From Actinomycetota bacterium (GTDB lineage: Bacteria; Actinomycetota; Actinomycetes; S36-B12): a stretch of DNA of 38,592 nt. The position numbers and the translations under genes were made by a program. The notes below the pieces were generated by a model. That model had not been told where the DNA came from and did not search any database. It was given only the letters and a program-made list of their open reading frames with translations. Numbering within the stretch: the stretch's first letter is position 1; every line of letters starts with the position of its first letter. The stretch is taken from NCBI GenBank assembly GCA_046095085.1, contig JBJTIQ010000046.1:1-38592 (forward strand), given 5' to 3'. Below are positions 7,813-17,002 of this stretch, piece after piece.

Positions 7813-8634
7813 CGAGGCTCCGAAGCCAACCGCGGCGGCGTTCCACATGACCCAGCGCGCCATGGCCGAGGGATCTCCCGACATGTAGTCGCGAACACCA
7901 TCTACATAGGAACGCCGACCCAGCGACAGCATCCCCGCCTCGGGTGCACTCATCAGGTCGGGGTCCACCCCGCGGGATGCGAGCACGAGGCGTACGCCGG
8001 CTCGCGCAATGAGGCCCGACCCCCACGCGAACGGGCGCAGGGCCAGGAGCTCGCCGTGCACTATCGACGCCAGCACGATCGCGGGAGCGGCAGACGACGT
8101 CGTGATCACATCGGCCAGAGACGCCAGGCGTGGCGAGACCTCGGCAGCCGATGGCAGCGCACCGATGTGGAGGGGATCCACGACGTCGTCAGCCGTGCGA
8201 GGTCGTCCGAGATCGGAGTCGTCGGCGAACGACCGGGCAGCCAAGACGTGCAAATGCGCCAGGACCTGCAGCGGAGCCCGCTGCCAAGTGTCGACCTGAT
8301 GCGGAATCTCAGCGGTGACATCGAGTGCGGCGGCGGCGGCCCGGCCCAGCGGGGAGTCGTCGAGACCAGCCAGCATGGCTTCGATCGACAGCTCCGCGCC
8401 CTCTAGCGCGGCGCTGTCGCGGGCGCCGCGGACCACCGACTCACGGGCGACTTCGGCTGCTCGAGCGCGCACCCCCCGATCCCACAGGAGGCCGTCCACC
8501 TCGTCGCGCGCGGCCGCGCAGGCCTCAGCGACGCCGGGCAGGCCGGCAATGGCGGTCAACGCGTCGGTCAGTAGGACTGCGCCCCTTGGGCCACGAGCTT
8601 GTCGAGGACCGCCTGATCCTGGGCCTCGAGCCAC
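7798..8634 (-). CDS. Fic/Fido-fold protein with degenerate active-site motif
   Basis: RPFAWGSGLIAR (8002-8037) aligns with the Fic motif HPFxDGNGRxxR. The true start is uncertain because the ORF start at 8634 overlaps the neighbouring gene by 67 nt; TTG at 8558 would avoid that overlap. The 3' end overlaps the convergent gene by 15 nt. Confidence 0.55.
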   Translation of the reverse strand: MARGPGSGGPRQARGPRGAVLLTDALTAIAGLPGVAEACAAARDEVDGLLWDRGVRARAAEVARESVVRGARDSAALEGAELSIEAMLAGLDDSPLGRAAAAALDVTAEIPHQVDTWQRAPLQVLAHLHVLAARSFADDSDLGRPRTADDVVDPLHIGALPSAAEVSPRLASLADVITTSSAAPAIVLASIVHGELLALRPFAWGSGLIARAGVRLVLASRGVDPDLMSAPEAGMLSLGRRSYVDGVRDYMSGDPSAMARWVMWNAAAVGFGASSARA

Positions 8635-9863
8635 TTCACCAGGTCAGCATTCGAGATGAACTTGAGGTCGGGGTACTGAGCGGAGGCATCGATCATGAAG
8701 CGCGTCAACGCATTCTGGTAGGCACCGCACACCCACGTGTTGAAGTGATTGCCGAAGAAGAGCGGTGCGCGATTGCCGTTGTAAAGCGCGTCGACCGCGG
8801 CCATGAGGGAGTCGTAGGTCGACTGCTCAATGCGATCGCAGGTCGCCTGGTCGGCCTCCTGCTTGCAGTCGTTCTGGGCGCACAGGAAGTTGTAGTCCAT
8901 CGACAGGTTGGACCTGTCGTAGCCCACAACCTTCATCGTCTGCAGCGGGAACTCCCACAGTCCGTAGTCGTTTTGAACGGGCCACTGCAGGACGCCTGGA
9001 TTGGATGCGTCGTACTTGAATCCGTTGTCGATGAAGACCGGGTACATCACGTCGCGCTGGCCCTCCAGACACGGAGTGCGGGCACCCATCATCACGCTGT
9101 GGTTGAAGGGCAGAGGCGTCGGATCACTCACGCCGTTGATGGCGGCCCAGTCGTCCATGAACATGATGTCCTGGCTGAACTCGCTCTCCCACTCCGAGGT
9201 CCCCCAGGAGTTGACCGCGCCGTCGTTGGGCTCGCACCAGTGGCCGAGGAAGTGGGTGCCGATCTCGTGGCCCTTCTCGTAGGCCTCCTTGTAGTTGGCG
9301 ATGCGCTGGACGACCTCTTGGGCGTCGTCGGCAAATCCGATGGCCGAGGAGCCGGCCTCTCGACCGGGCGTTTCGTAGAGGTACTTCTGCTCTTCGGGCA
9401 GCAGGCACAGGCCGGAGACGAAGAACGTGAGTCGCGCATCGACCTGGTCGGCCGTGTCCATGTAGTGACGGATGATGTCGTTGCTGCATGAGCCGTCGAA
9501 GGAAATGACGACGAACTGCGGTGGGGTCTCACCCGGCGCAAGCTTGGTGATCTCCATCTCGGGCTGCGGCAGATTGACGGCCGACACCCCTCCCCCATCG
9601 CCCATGACATCGCCCACCTCCGGCGCAGGCGGAGACGACGACCCCTCCTCGCCGCCCGAGGCCTCGCTGATGTCGGGGACCGCATCGGTGGCTTGCGCAC
9701 CGGGGGATGAATCGCTCGCCGTGGGCGCGGATGAGGTGCCGGGGAGAACGGCCCCGAGCACAAGTCCCAGCGTGGCCGCGAGGGCAAGGAGCAGTGGAAC
9801 GACGACCCGGGCGCGCACAGAACCTCCGACGGGTGAGGGCAGACCTTCCCCATAGTGACGCAT
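8568..9863 (-). CDS. Secreted polysaccharide deacetylase-like (CE4/NodB-like) protein
   Basis: N-terminal TM/signal segment VVVPLLLALAATLGLVLGAVL, then a Ser/Pro/Gly linker. Core has VVISFDGS and HEIGTHFLGH (H-x4-H-like) motifs. There are 8 Cys in the mature part. Confidence 0.6.
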   Translation of the reverse strand: MRHYGEGLPSPVGGSVRARVVVPLLLALAATLGLVLGAVLPGTSSAPTASDSSPGAQATDAVPDISEASGGEEGSSSPPAPEVGDVMGDGGGVSAVNLPQPEMEITKLAPGETPPQFVVISFDGSCSNDIIRHYMDTADQVDARLTFFVSGLCLLPEEQKYLYETPGREAGSSAIGFADDAQEVVQRIANYKEAYEKGHEIGTHFLGHWCEPNDGAVNSWGTSEWESEFSQDIMFMDDWAAINGVSDPTPLPFNHSVMMGARTPCLEGQRDVMYPVFIDNGFKYDASNPGVLQWPVQNDYGLWEFPLQTMKVVGYDRSNLSMDYNFLCAQNDCKQEADQATCDRIEQSTYDSLMAAVDALYNGNRAPLFFGNHFNTWVCGAYQNALTRFMIDASAQYPDLKFISNADLVKWLEAQDQAVLDKLVAQGAQSY

Positions 9864-9964
9864 GAGCCCCCCGGATCGCTCCCTGTGACCCGCGGGAACT
9901 GCACCCGCGTCGCGATCAGACGGCTACCGTGGCCCCTGTCACAGCGTGGGCATGAGGAGGAATC

Positions 9965-11932
9965 GTGAGCGAGAGCGAGGCTTTGGCCAACCTGCTGCAG
10001 GAGGACCGCATATTCGCGCCGAGCCCGGAGTTCGCTGCGCAGGCCAATGCCACGCCCGAGATGTACGACGAGGCCGCTCGTGACCGCCTCGCCTTCTGGG
10101 CAAAGCAGGCCGAACGGCTGAGTTGGGATACCCCGTGGAGCCAGGTACTCGATTGGTCCGCGGCGCCCTTCTCACGTTGGTTCGTTGACGGACGACTCAA
10201 CGTCGCCTACAACTGCGTCGACCGACACGTCGAGGATGGCTATGGCGATCAGGTCGCCCTCTACTTCGAGGGAGAGCCCGGCGACACCCGTGCGGTTACC
10301 TACGCCGAACTCCACAAGGAGGTCTGCAAGGCGGCCAATGCGCTCACCGAGCTCGGGGTGGAGGCCGGCGATCGTGTTGCCATCTACATGCCGATGATCC
10401 CGGAGGCCGTGGTCGCCATGCTTGCCTGCGCGCGCATCGGGGCACCCCACTCCGTCGTCTTCGCCGGGTTCTCGGCCGAGGCACTCCGCACGCGCATCGA
10501 CGACGCACAGGCCAAGCTCGTCATCACCGCCGATGGCCAGCACCGACGCGGGTCAGCTATGGCCCTCAAGCCGGCTGTCGACGAGGCGGTTCAGCACGCT
10601 GACAGCGTGGAGCATGTCCTTGTCGTGCGCCGGACCGGCGAGCACGTCGACATGACCGAGGGCCGCGACGTGTGGTGGCACGTCTTGGTCGACCGGCAAT
10701 CCGATCAGCACGTGCCGGAGGCCTTCGACAGCGAGCATCCCCTCTTCATCCTCTACACGTCGGGAACGACCGGTAAGCCCAAGGGGATCCTGCACACCAC
10801 CGGCGGCTACCTGACGCAGACTTCCTTCACCCACTGGAATGTCTTCGACCTCAAGCCCGATACCGACATCTACTGGTGCACCGCCGACATCGGCTGGGTC
10901 ACCGGTCACAGCTACATCGTCTACGGCCCGCTGTCCAACCGGGTCACGCAGGTGATCTACGAAGGCACACCCGACACTCCGCACAAGGGTCGATTCTGGG
11001 AGATCGTTGCCAAATACGGCGTCACGATCTTCTACACCGCACCGACGGCGATTCGCACCTTCATGAAGTGGGGCATCGAATACCCCGAGGCGCACGACCT
11101 TACGTCGCTGCGGCTCCTCGGCACCGTCGGTGAGCCGATCAATCCCGAGGCCTGGATGTGGTACCGCGTCGTCATCGGCGGCGACGAGTGCCCCATCGTC
11201 GACACGTGGTGGCAGACCGAAACCGGCGCCATCATGATCTCGCCGCTTCCCGGCGTCACCGCCACCAAGCCCGGTTCGGCCATGCGACCCCTGCCTGGCA
11301 TCGGGGCAGCCGTGGTCGACGATCACGGCGACGAGGTGCAATTGGGCCACGGCGGCTACCTCGTCCTTACCGAGCCATGGCCGTCGATGCTGCGGGGCAT
11401 CTGGGGCGACAACCAGCGCTACGTCGACACCTACTGGTCGCGATGGCCGCAGTACTACTTCGCCGGTGACGGATCGAAGATCGACTTCGACGGTGCCATC
11501 TGGCTCCTGGGCCGCGTGGACGACGTGATGAACATCTCCGGTCACCGGATCTCGACCACCGAGGTCGAGTCCGCCCTCGTATCGCACCCATCCGTTGCGG
11601 AGGCGGCCGTCGTCGGCGCAAACGACGACACCACCGGCCAGGCCATCTGCGCCTTCGTGATCCTGCGGGGCGGGGTCGAGGAGGGTGCCGACGGCTCGGA
11701 GTTCATTCGCGAGCTCCGCGACCACGTGGCTCACGAGATCGGCCCCATCGCGAAGCCTCGACAGATCATGATCGTGTCCGAACTTCCCAAGACTCGGTCA
11801 GGCAAGATCATGCGACGACTCCTGCGCGACGTGGCCGAAAACCGCTCGCTCGGTGATGTCACTACGCTCGCCGACCCTCAGGTCATGCACCTAATCTCCG
11901 TCGGACTGCACAGCGGGGCTGGCGAGGACTAG
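9965..11932 (+). CDS. acs: Acetyl-CoA synthetase (AMP-forming)
   Basis: 655 aa. AMP-binding signature [18 protein letters not shown], and C-terminal [14 protein letters not shown] start at 9965 is preceded by GAGGAGGA. Confidence 0.95.
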   Translation: MSESEALANLLQEDRIFAPSPEFAAQANATPEMYDEAARDRLAFWAKQAERLSWDTPWSQVLDWSAAPFSRWFVDGRLNVAYNCVDRHVEDGYGDQVALYFEGEPGDTRAVTYAELHKEVCKAANALTELGVEAGDRVAIYMPMIPEAVVAMLACARIGAPHSVVFAGFSAEALRTRIDDAQAKLVITADGQHRRGSAMALKPAVDEAVQHADSVEHVLVVRRTGEHVDMTEGRDVWWHVLVDRQSDQHVPEAFDSEHPLFILYTSGTTGKPKGILHTTGGYLTQTSFTHWNVFDLKPDTDIYWCTADIGWVTGHSYIVYGPLSNRVTQVIYEGTPDTPHKGRFWEIVAKYGVTIFYTAPTAIRTFMKWGIEYPEAHDLTSLRLLGTVGEPINPEAWMWYRVVIGGDECPIVDTWWQTETGAIMISPLPGVTATKPGSAMRPLPGIGAAVVDDHGDEVQLGHGGYLVLTEPWPSMLRGIWGDNQRYVDTYWSRWPQYYFAGDGSKIDFDGAIWLLGRVDDVMNISGHRISTTEVESALVSHPSVAEAAVVGANDDTTGQAICAFVILRGGVEEGADGSEFIRELRDHVAHEIGPIAKPRQIMIVSELPKTRSGKIMRRLLRDVAENRSLGDVTTLADPQVMHLISVGLHSGAGED

Positions 11933-12000
11933 CGGTAGCCTGACCCACGGTGTGCCGGGAAGTCTGGTCGGCGTGACATAGCCGCCTGCCAGGAGGACCC

Positions 12001-13332
12001 GTGACCGACCGCGAACTCTTCGCTCGGCCAGCCCTGAGCGAACGCCTCTGGCTGCTCCGGGCCCTACGCGGCGAGACCATCGGCGGCGTCCTGCTGCTGA
12101 TCGCGGCCCTCATTGCCATCGTGTGGGTCAACTCACCCTGGGGTGACTCCTACATCGCTCTGGGCGACTACACCATCGGCCCCGCGGCTCTCGGACTCGA
12201 CCTCAGTCTGTCGACATGGGCAGCGGATGCGCTGCTCGCGGTGTTCTTCTTCGTCGCAGGCCTCGAACTCAAGCACGAGTTCACCCGCGGCACGCTCTCG
12301 CGCCCGGCACAGGCTGCGGTCCCCGTGGCTTCCGCGATCGGCGGCATGGCTGTGCCGGCGATCATCTTCGCCATCATCGTTGCAACGAGCGATCCGGGGG
12401 CACTTCAAGGCTGGGCCATACCGATGGCCACCGACATCGCCTTCGCACTCGCCGTGCTCGCGGTGGTAGGTCGTGGTCTGCCCATCGCACTTCGCGCCTT
12501 CTTGCTGACGCTGGCCGTCGTCGACGACCTGGGTGCGATCACCATCATCGCGATCTTCTACTCCAAGGGATTCTCCCCCCTCTATTTCGTACTCGCCCTC
12601 GTGCTCCTGGGCGCCTACTGGCTCCTCCAGCGACGCCGCGTGCGCTCGCCGTGGATCTACGTACCGCTCGTCATCGTGGCGTGGTGGGCCGTCTTCATGA
12701 GTGGGATACACGCCACCGTCGCCGGCGTCGCGCTCGCATTGCTTACGCGCGCGAAGGCGGATCCGGGGGACGGCGAATTGGGCAGCGTCACCGAACCACC
12801 GGCGGATCGCCTGCAGCGCATGCTGCTGCCGTGGAGCGCAGGACTATGCGTGCCCCTCTTCGCATTCTTCGCAGCGGGCGTCGACCTGCGGAGCACGGGA
12901 CTGATCGAGCCCCTGACATCGCCCGTCGCAATCGGCGTGCTCGCAGGTCTGGTCATCGGCAAGCCCATCGGCGTGGTGGGCACGGCATGGGTGGTCGCAC
13001 GATTCACGCGGGGCAGCCTCAATCCCGCGATCGGCTGGCGCGATATCGGCGCGGTCGGGCTCCTCGCCGGCATCGGCTTCACCGTAGCGCTGCTGATCAC
13101 CGAACTCGCCTATTCCTCGTCGCCCGCTCAACTCGATGCGGCGAAGGTGGCGGTCTTCACCGCGTCGGTGGTGTCAGCGCTGCTCGCGAGCGGCCTACTC
13201 CTTGCCCGCAATCGCCACTACCGCCGCGTCGCCCTCGTGGAGGAGGAGGATGCCGACGGAGACGGGATCCCGGACGTCTACCAGCGGCCTTCGTCGGGGG
13301 ATGCGGACCCCGGCGCGCCCCGGACCGACTAG
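12001..13332 (+). CDS. nhaA: Na+/H+ antiporter NhaA with acidic C-terminal tail
   Basis: 443 aa polytopic protein. NhaA-type motifs are WAIPMATDIAFALAVL and LLTLAVVDDLGAI. GTG start is preceded by AGGAGGA. Confidence 0.9.
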   Translation: MTDRELFARPALSERLWLLRALRGETIGGVLLLIAALIAIVWVNSPWGDSYIALGDYTIGPAALGLDLSLSTWAADALLAVFFFVAGLELKHEFTRGTLSRPAQAAVPVASAIGGMAVPAIIFAIIVATSDPGALQGWAIPMATDIAFALAVLAVVGRGLPIALRAFLLTLAVVDDLGAITIIAIFYSKGFSPLYFVLALVLLGAYWLLQRRRVRSPWIYVPLVIVAWWAVFMSGIHATVAGVALALLTRAKADPGDGELGSVTEPPADRLQRMLLPWSAGLCVPLFAFFAAGVDLRSTGLIEPLTSPVAIGVLAGLVIGKPIGVVGTAWVVARFTRGSLNPAIGWRDIGAVGLLAGIGFTVALLITELAYSSSPAQLDAAKVAVFTASVVSALLASGLLLARNRHYRRVALVEEEDADGDGIPDVYQRPSSGDADPGAPRTD

Positions 13333-13367
13333 CCTCATCCCACGGCCCCGCAGTCGAGGAGGATCGG

Positions 13368-13826
13368 ATGGCTGATCTCACGCCGGGAGGCGATACCTCT
13401 CTCAAGGCGCTCGTTGCCGCAGCGGTTGCCGATCTCCAGCGACTCATTCGCGCACAGATCCAGCTCGCCAAGCTCGAACTCCAGCAGACCGGTCGCGAAG
13501 CCGCCAAGACGAGCGTGTTCTTGGTGGGCGCGCTCTCTATGGCCGCGACCGGCGGCCTCTTCCTCCTCGTGACCATTGCCTACGTCCTGGTCGCCCTCGG
13601 CTTGCCGGTCTGGGCTGGATTCGGCATCGTCACTCTCTTCCTCTTCATCGTCGCCGGCGTCCTCGGACTCCTCGGACGTCGAGAGGCCCAGCGCATCAAG
13701 GGTCCCGAACGCACGATCGCGCAGATAGAGAAGACGAAGGCGATGCTCTCCGGAGGCGGAGCAGCCGCCGGTGATGCGGTCGCCGCGCAGGCGGTCGCCG
13801 AGGTCCCGGCACCGCCGGGCACCTGA
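13368..13826 (+). CDS. DUF1469 / phage-holin-family (actinobacterial holin-X-like) membrane protein
   Basis: ORF 12216-13826 trimmed to ATG 13368 (GAGGAGGA upstream). An amphipathic N-terminus is followed by two TM helices (VFLVGALSMAATGGLFLLVTIAYVLV; WAGFGIVTLFLFIVAGVLGLLG). Confidence 0.7.
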   Translation: MADLTPGGDTSLKALVAAAVADLQRLIRAQIQLAKLELQQTGREAAKTSVFLVGALSMAATGGLFLLVTIAYVLVALGLPVWAGFGIVTLFLFIVAGVLGLLGRREAQRIKGPERTIAQIEKTKAMLSGGGAAAGDAVAAQAVAEVPAPPGT

Positions 13827-13828
13827 GC

Positions 13829-14749
13829 GTGCTGCTCGACCCCGAATCCGTCATCCACGCGCCCGGCCCGTGGACGCACCGTGATGTATCCGCCAACGGA
13901 GCCCGCTTCCACGTCGTCGAGGCTGGCTCAGGGCCCCTCGTCGTCCTGCTCCACGGCTTTCCGACGATGTGGTGGACGTGGCGGCATCAGATGCGCTCGC
14001 TGGCCGGCGCCGGATATCGCGTCGTGGCCATGGACCTGCGCGGCTACGGCGGCTCGGACCACACCCCGCACGGCTATGACCCCACGACCCTGTCCAACGA
14101 TGTCGCCGGAGTCATCCGCTGCCTGGGTGAGCGCTCGGGCGTCATCGTCGGGCAGGGGTGGGGAGGACTCATCGCGTGGAGCATGGCCGTGCTCCAGCCG
14201 GACGTCGTCGACGGCATAGTGCCCGTCTCCATGCCTCATCCTCGTCGCCTTCGCCGCGCCATCCTGCGCGACGCCATCCAGCGACGTCGCGCTCTCTATG
14301 CCATCGGCTTCCAGTGGCCCTTCCTACCCGAGCGCTCGCTGCAGAAGGACGACTGTGCACGCATCGAGCGCATCCTGGCCGACTGGTCAGGCACTCCCGG
14401 CTGGCCCGATGCCGAGACGTCGCTGGCCTACCGCTCGGCTTTTGCACTGTGGCCCACTGCCCACTGTGCCGTTGAATACCACCGCTGGGCCGTGCGATCG
14501 ATGCTGCGCACCGACGGCGTCCGTTACGCGCGACGCATGGAGACCCCGATCCAGGTGCCGGTCCTGCACCTGCACGGCGAGGGCGACTCCTCCATCCTGC
14601 TGCGCAGCGCCGAGGGCTCGGGCGAATGGGTCAGTGGCGACTATGAATTCTGCGTGGTCGACGGCGTCGGACACTTCCCGCAGGAGGAGGCGCCCGAGCG
14701 CTTCGACGCCCTCTTGCACAAGTGGCTCATGCAACCGCGCGACGCATGA
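13829..14749 (+). CDS. Alpha/beta-fold hydrolase, epoxide-hydrolase-like (EphE/Rv3670-like), nucleophile position substituted
   Basis: HGFP oxyanion motif (LLHGFPTMWWTW) and C-terminal GVGHFPQEE (catalytic His region). The nucleophile elbow reads GQGWGG instead of GHDWGG. GTG start lies 2 nt after the upstream stop. Confidence 0.8.
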   Translation: MLLDPESVIHAPGPWTHRDVSANGARFHVVEAGSGPLVVLLHGFPTMWWTWRHQMRSLAGAGYRVVAMDLRGYGGSDHTPHGYDPTTLSNDVAGVIRCLGERSGVIVGQGWGGLIAWSMAVLQPDVVDGIVPVSMPHPRRLRRAILRDAIQRRRALYAIGFQWPFLPERSLQKDDCARIERILADWSGTPGWPDAETSLAYRSAFALWPTAHCAVEYHRWAVRSMLRTDGVRYARRMETPIQVPVLHLHGEGDSSILLRSAEGSGEWVSGDYEFCVVDGVGHFPQEEAPERFDALLHKWLMQPRDA

Positions 14750-15135
14750 GCCCTCCTGCCGCGGAGAGGCCGCGCGACCGGCTCGGCCGACCGCTGCCCC
14801 GTGGCGCAGCCGGCTTCCCTCCCGCCCCGCCACGCACTGATATCTCGGCCGATGATGCAGCAGCGGAAGCGCGCGCATACCTCGCGGAGGGATTGCCTTT
14901 CCACGCCCATGACATCCTGGAGATGCGCTGGCGATGCTGCCCCGATGATGAGCGCGAACTGTGGCGCGCCCTGGCTCAGGCCGCCGCCGGAGCCACCCAT
15001 GCGGCCCGAGGCAATCCCGTCGGTGAGCAGCGACTGATGATGCGCGCGGCAGCCGCGATCGAGGCGTACGCCGGCCCGAATCCCGTCGACATCACCCAAC
15101 TCCTCGCCGATCTGGGCCTTGGGTCACCGGGCTAG
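14746..15135 (+). CDS. DUF309 domain protein
   Basis: FHAHDILEMRWR...ERELWRALAQAAAGATHAARGN matches the DUF309 pattern (xHExLEexW ... GLIQ.A.A..H..RGN). ATG 14746 overlaps the hydrolase stop (ATGA). Confidence 0.65.
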   Translation: MSPPAAERPRDRLGRPLPRGAAGFPPAPPRTDISADDAAAEARAYLAEGLPFHAHDILEMRWRCCPDDERELWRALAQAAAGATHAARGNPVGEQRLMMRAAAAIEAYAGPNPVDITQLLADLGLGSPG

Positions 15136-16316
15136 CTGCGGCACGCGCCGGTGTCGACGGGCGTGACCGAGGTACGCCCGGCATCGGCGACTGCCGCTGC
15201 CTGCTCGGCGGTGATCGCATAGCCGGTATCGGGCTCACCAAGGCCTGCAGCGAAGACAACCCCGAAGACGCGTCCCCTCGGTGAGAGCAGCGGCCCGCCC
15301 GAATTGCCGGGCACGACGGTGCCGCGGAAGGAGAATACCTCGCGCACTACTCCCGACCTTCCGTAAATGTCCTCTCCTCGCGCATTGATGCGCGCGCGCA
15401 CGCGCGCCGGCTCGGCTACAAGCTCCCCACCGCCGGGGAAACCGGCGACGACCGCGGAGTCTCCGGTGTCAGGGACGCGTGCGGCGAATGCCAGCGGGGG
15501 TGCCGGAAGCCCAGGCACGTGGATCACCGCGAGGTCGATGCGCGAGTCGATGGCGACGACCGTACCCTCGTATCGCGTGGGATCGCCGGGGATGACGACG
15601 CGGGGAGACATCGATCCGGCCACGACATGCGCGTTGGTGAGCACGCGATCGGTGGCATAGACGAAGCCTGACCCCACGACATTGGACTCGCAGGCACTCG
15701 CACTCACCTTCGCCAGGGATGGCCACGCTGCGCGCACAGCCGGGTCGCGTAAAAGGGCAGGGTTGGGAGGTGGCACCTCAGGGCCGGCGTACTGGCCGAA
15801 GCCCGAGAAGACACGCGGCAGTCCGGACGCATCGACGGCGTTACGCAGACCGGAGAAGGCGTTGCGAGCAGCATCGGGAACGGCGCGGTCGATCGTGGAG
15901 AGGATGAGCGATGTGCGCACCTCGCGTGCCACGCCGAGGTTGGGTAGAAGGCCGACCGCCGTGGCGATGATCCACAGGACGACCGCCAGGGCCACGACGT
16001 TGAGTGCGGCTCCTCCAGCACTATCCACGGTGCGCGCACCGGTCCACGTGATGCCCGCACGCAGGGAGCGGCCGGCAATCGTGGCCAGGGCCTGTCCGAC
16101 GAGCGCGCAGGCGAGGATGCCAAGGGCAAGCAGCACGGCACCGGCGATCCCGGGCATGCCGAGTCCTTCGATCACGCGAGGCAGGACGAGCGCAGCCCCG
16201 AGGCCTCCCACGAGGAAGCCCGCGAACGAGAACAGCCCGGCCACGAAGCCCTGGCGCCAGCCCGTCCACGCAAACACGGTGACCGCCAGGAGGACCAGCA
16301 CATCGATCGCGTTCAT
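15132..16316 (-). CDS. marP: MarP-family membrane serine protease (CvpA-like TM domain + trypsin-like domain)
   Basis: Four N-terminal TM helices. Catalytic triad contexts are TNAHVVAG, DLAVIHV and GNSGGPLL. Synteny with nudix and nth matches Rv3671c-Rv3674c. Confidence 0.9.
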   Translation of the reverse strand: MNAIDVLVLLAVTVFAWTGWRQGFVAGLFSFAGFLVGGLGAALVLPRVIEGLGMPGIAGAVLLALGILACALVGQALATIAGRSLRAGITWTGARTVDSAGGAALNVVALAVVLWIIATAVGLLPNLGVAREVRTSLILSTIDRAVPDAARNAFSGLRNAVDASGLPRVFSGFGQYAGPEVPPPNPALLRDPAVRAAWPSLAKVSASACESNVVGSGFVYATDRVLTNAHVVAGSMSPRVVIPGDPTRYEGTVVAIDSRIDLAVIHVPGLPAPPLAFAARVPDTGDSAVVAGFPGGGELVAEPARVRARINARGEDIYGRSGVVREVFSFRGTVVPGNSGGPLLSPRGRVFGVVFAAGLGEPDTGYAITAEQAAAVADAGRTSVTPVDTGACRS

Positions 16317-17002
16317 GCGAGGTCCTCTGTGGCATCAGGCTCGAGGTCGGTGATGCGACTTTCGTCCCACGGCTGACTCCATCCGGCCAGATCCAGCATC
16401 CCCGAGAGCAGGCCGGCCGTGAAGCCCCACACCAGCAGTCCGCGCACCGCGAAGCCGAGGCCGACGTAGCCCGATGGATGGCGCACGCGCGTGCGATTGG
16501 CCGGATCGACGAGTTCGGCGATAGGGATCCGGTGAACGCTCGCAACCTCGGTCACGTCGACGGCACTCACCGGCGATGGATCGCGCCACCACGCAAGGAC
16601 CGGGGTGACGACGAAGCCGGACACTGGAACCCACAGGTCGGGAACGAGTCCGAAGACGTCGACGCCAGCCGAATCAAGGCCGGTCTCCTCGCGTGCCTCC
16701 CGCAGCGCAGCCGCAATGGCATCGACATCACCGGGATCGACGGCGCCTCCCGGAAAGGCAGGCTGGCCGGCGTGCGCGCGCATATCGGCCGATCTCTCGA
16801 TGATGAGCACGTCGGGCCCGTCGGACCCCTCTCCGAGGAGCATGAGCACGGCCGCCGCGCGACCTCCCTCGGGCGGAGGGAGGAAGCGCGTGAGGTCCTC
16901 TCCTCGAAGGGTCGGCAGGCGATGGGCGAGAGGTTGGAGCCAGTCGGGCACCTCGACGTCGTCGAAGCGCCATCCCCATCGAGCGTCGCGTTGGATCGTC
17001 AT
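16313..17002 (-). CDS. NUDIX hydrolase (CoA pyrophosphatase-like, Rv3672c-like)
   Basis: Nudix box [28 protein letters not shown] trimmed to ATG 17002, which overlaps the nth stop (ATGA). Its own stop overlaps the marP ATG (ATGA 16313-16316). Confidence 0.8.
   Translation of the reverse strand: MTIQRDARWGWRFDDVEVPDWLQPLAHRLPTLRGEDLTRFLPPPEGGRAAAVLMLLGEGSDGPDVLIIERSADMRAHAGQPAFPGGAVDPGDVDAIAAALREAREETGLDSAGVDVFGLVPDLWVPVSGFVVTPVLAWWRDPSPVSAVDVTEVASVHRIPIAELVDPANRTRVRHPSGYVGLGFAVRGLLVWGFTAGLLSGMLDLAGWSQPWDESRITDLEPDATEDLA

Noticed and set aside
8325-9491. Long ORFs antisense to well-supported genes. Examples are 8325-9491 (+), 10553-11734 (-), 6649-7689 (-), 20822-21628 (-), 22216-23058 (-), 37445-38434 (-), 2380-3231 (+) and 15682-16353 (+).
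   Set aside because: Their translations are Arg/Gly/Pro/Ala-rich low-complexity strings with no recognisable motifs. They lie opposite genes with strong family signatures. Long stop-free antisense frames are expected in DNA of about 70% G+C.
8568-9863. Apparently lower G+C in the deacetylase-like gene, considered as a sign of horizontal acquisition.
   Set aside because: Hand counts of a few 60-nt lines gave about 53-60%. A line inside the conserved PBP gene gave a similar value (about 58%). Without a proper sliding-window or codon-usage calculation the difference is not convincing.
9884-9943. Possible CRP site upstream of acs: TGTGA at 9884-9888 and TCACA at 9939-9943.
   Set aside because: The half-sites are about 50 bp apart rather than separated by 6 bp, so they do not form a TGTGA-N6-TCACA operator.
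12216-13367. N-terminal extensions of ORF-track entries: 12216-13826, 17528-18502, 22983-23525, 625-1230, 3769-5073, 16313-17167 and 6751-7812.
   Set aside because: The extensions overlap neighbouring conserved genes in another frame. Internal starts with Shine-Dalgarno sequences or 4-nt start/stop overlaps give products of canonical length, so the CDSs were trimmed.
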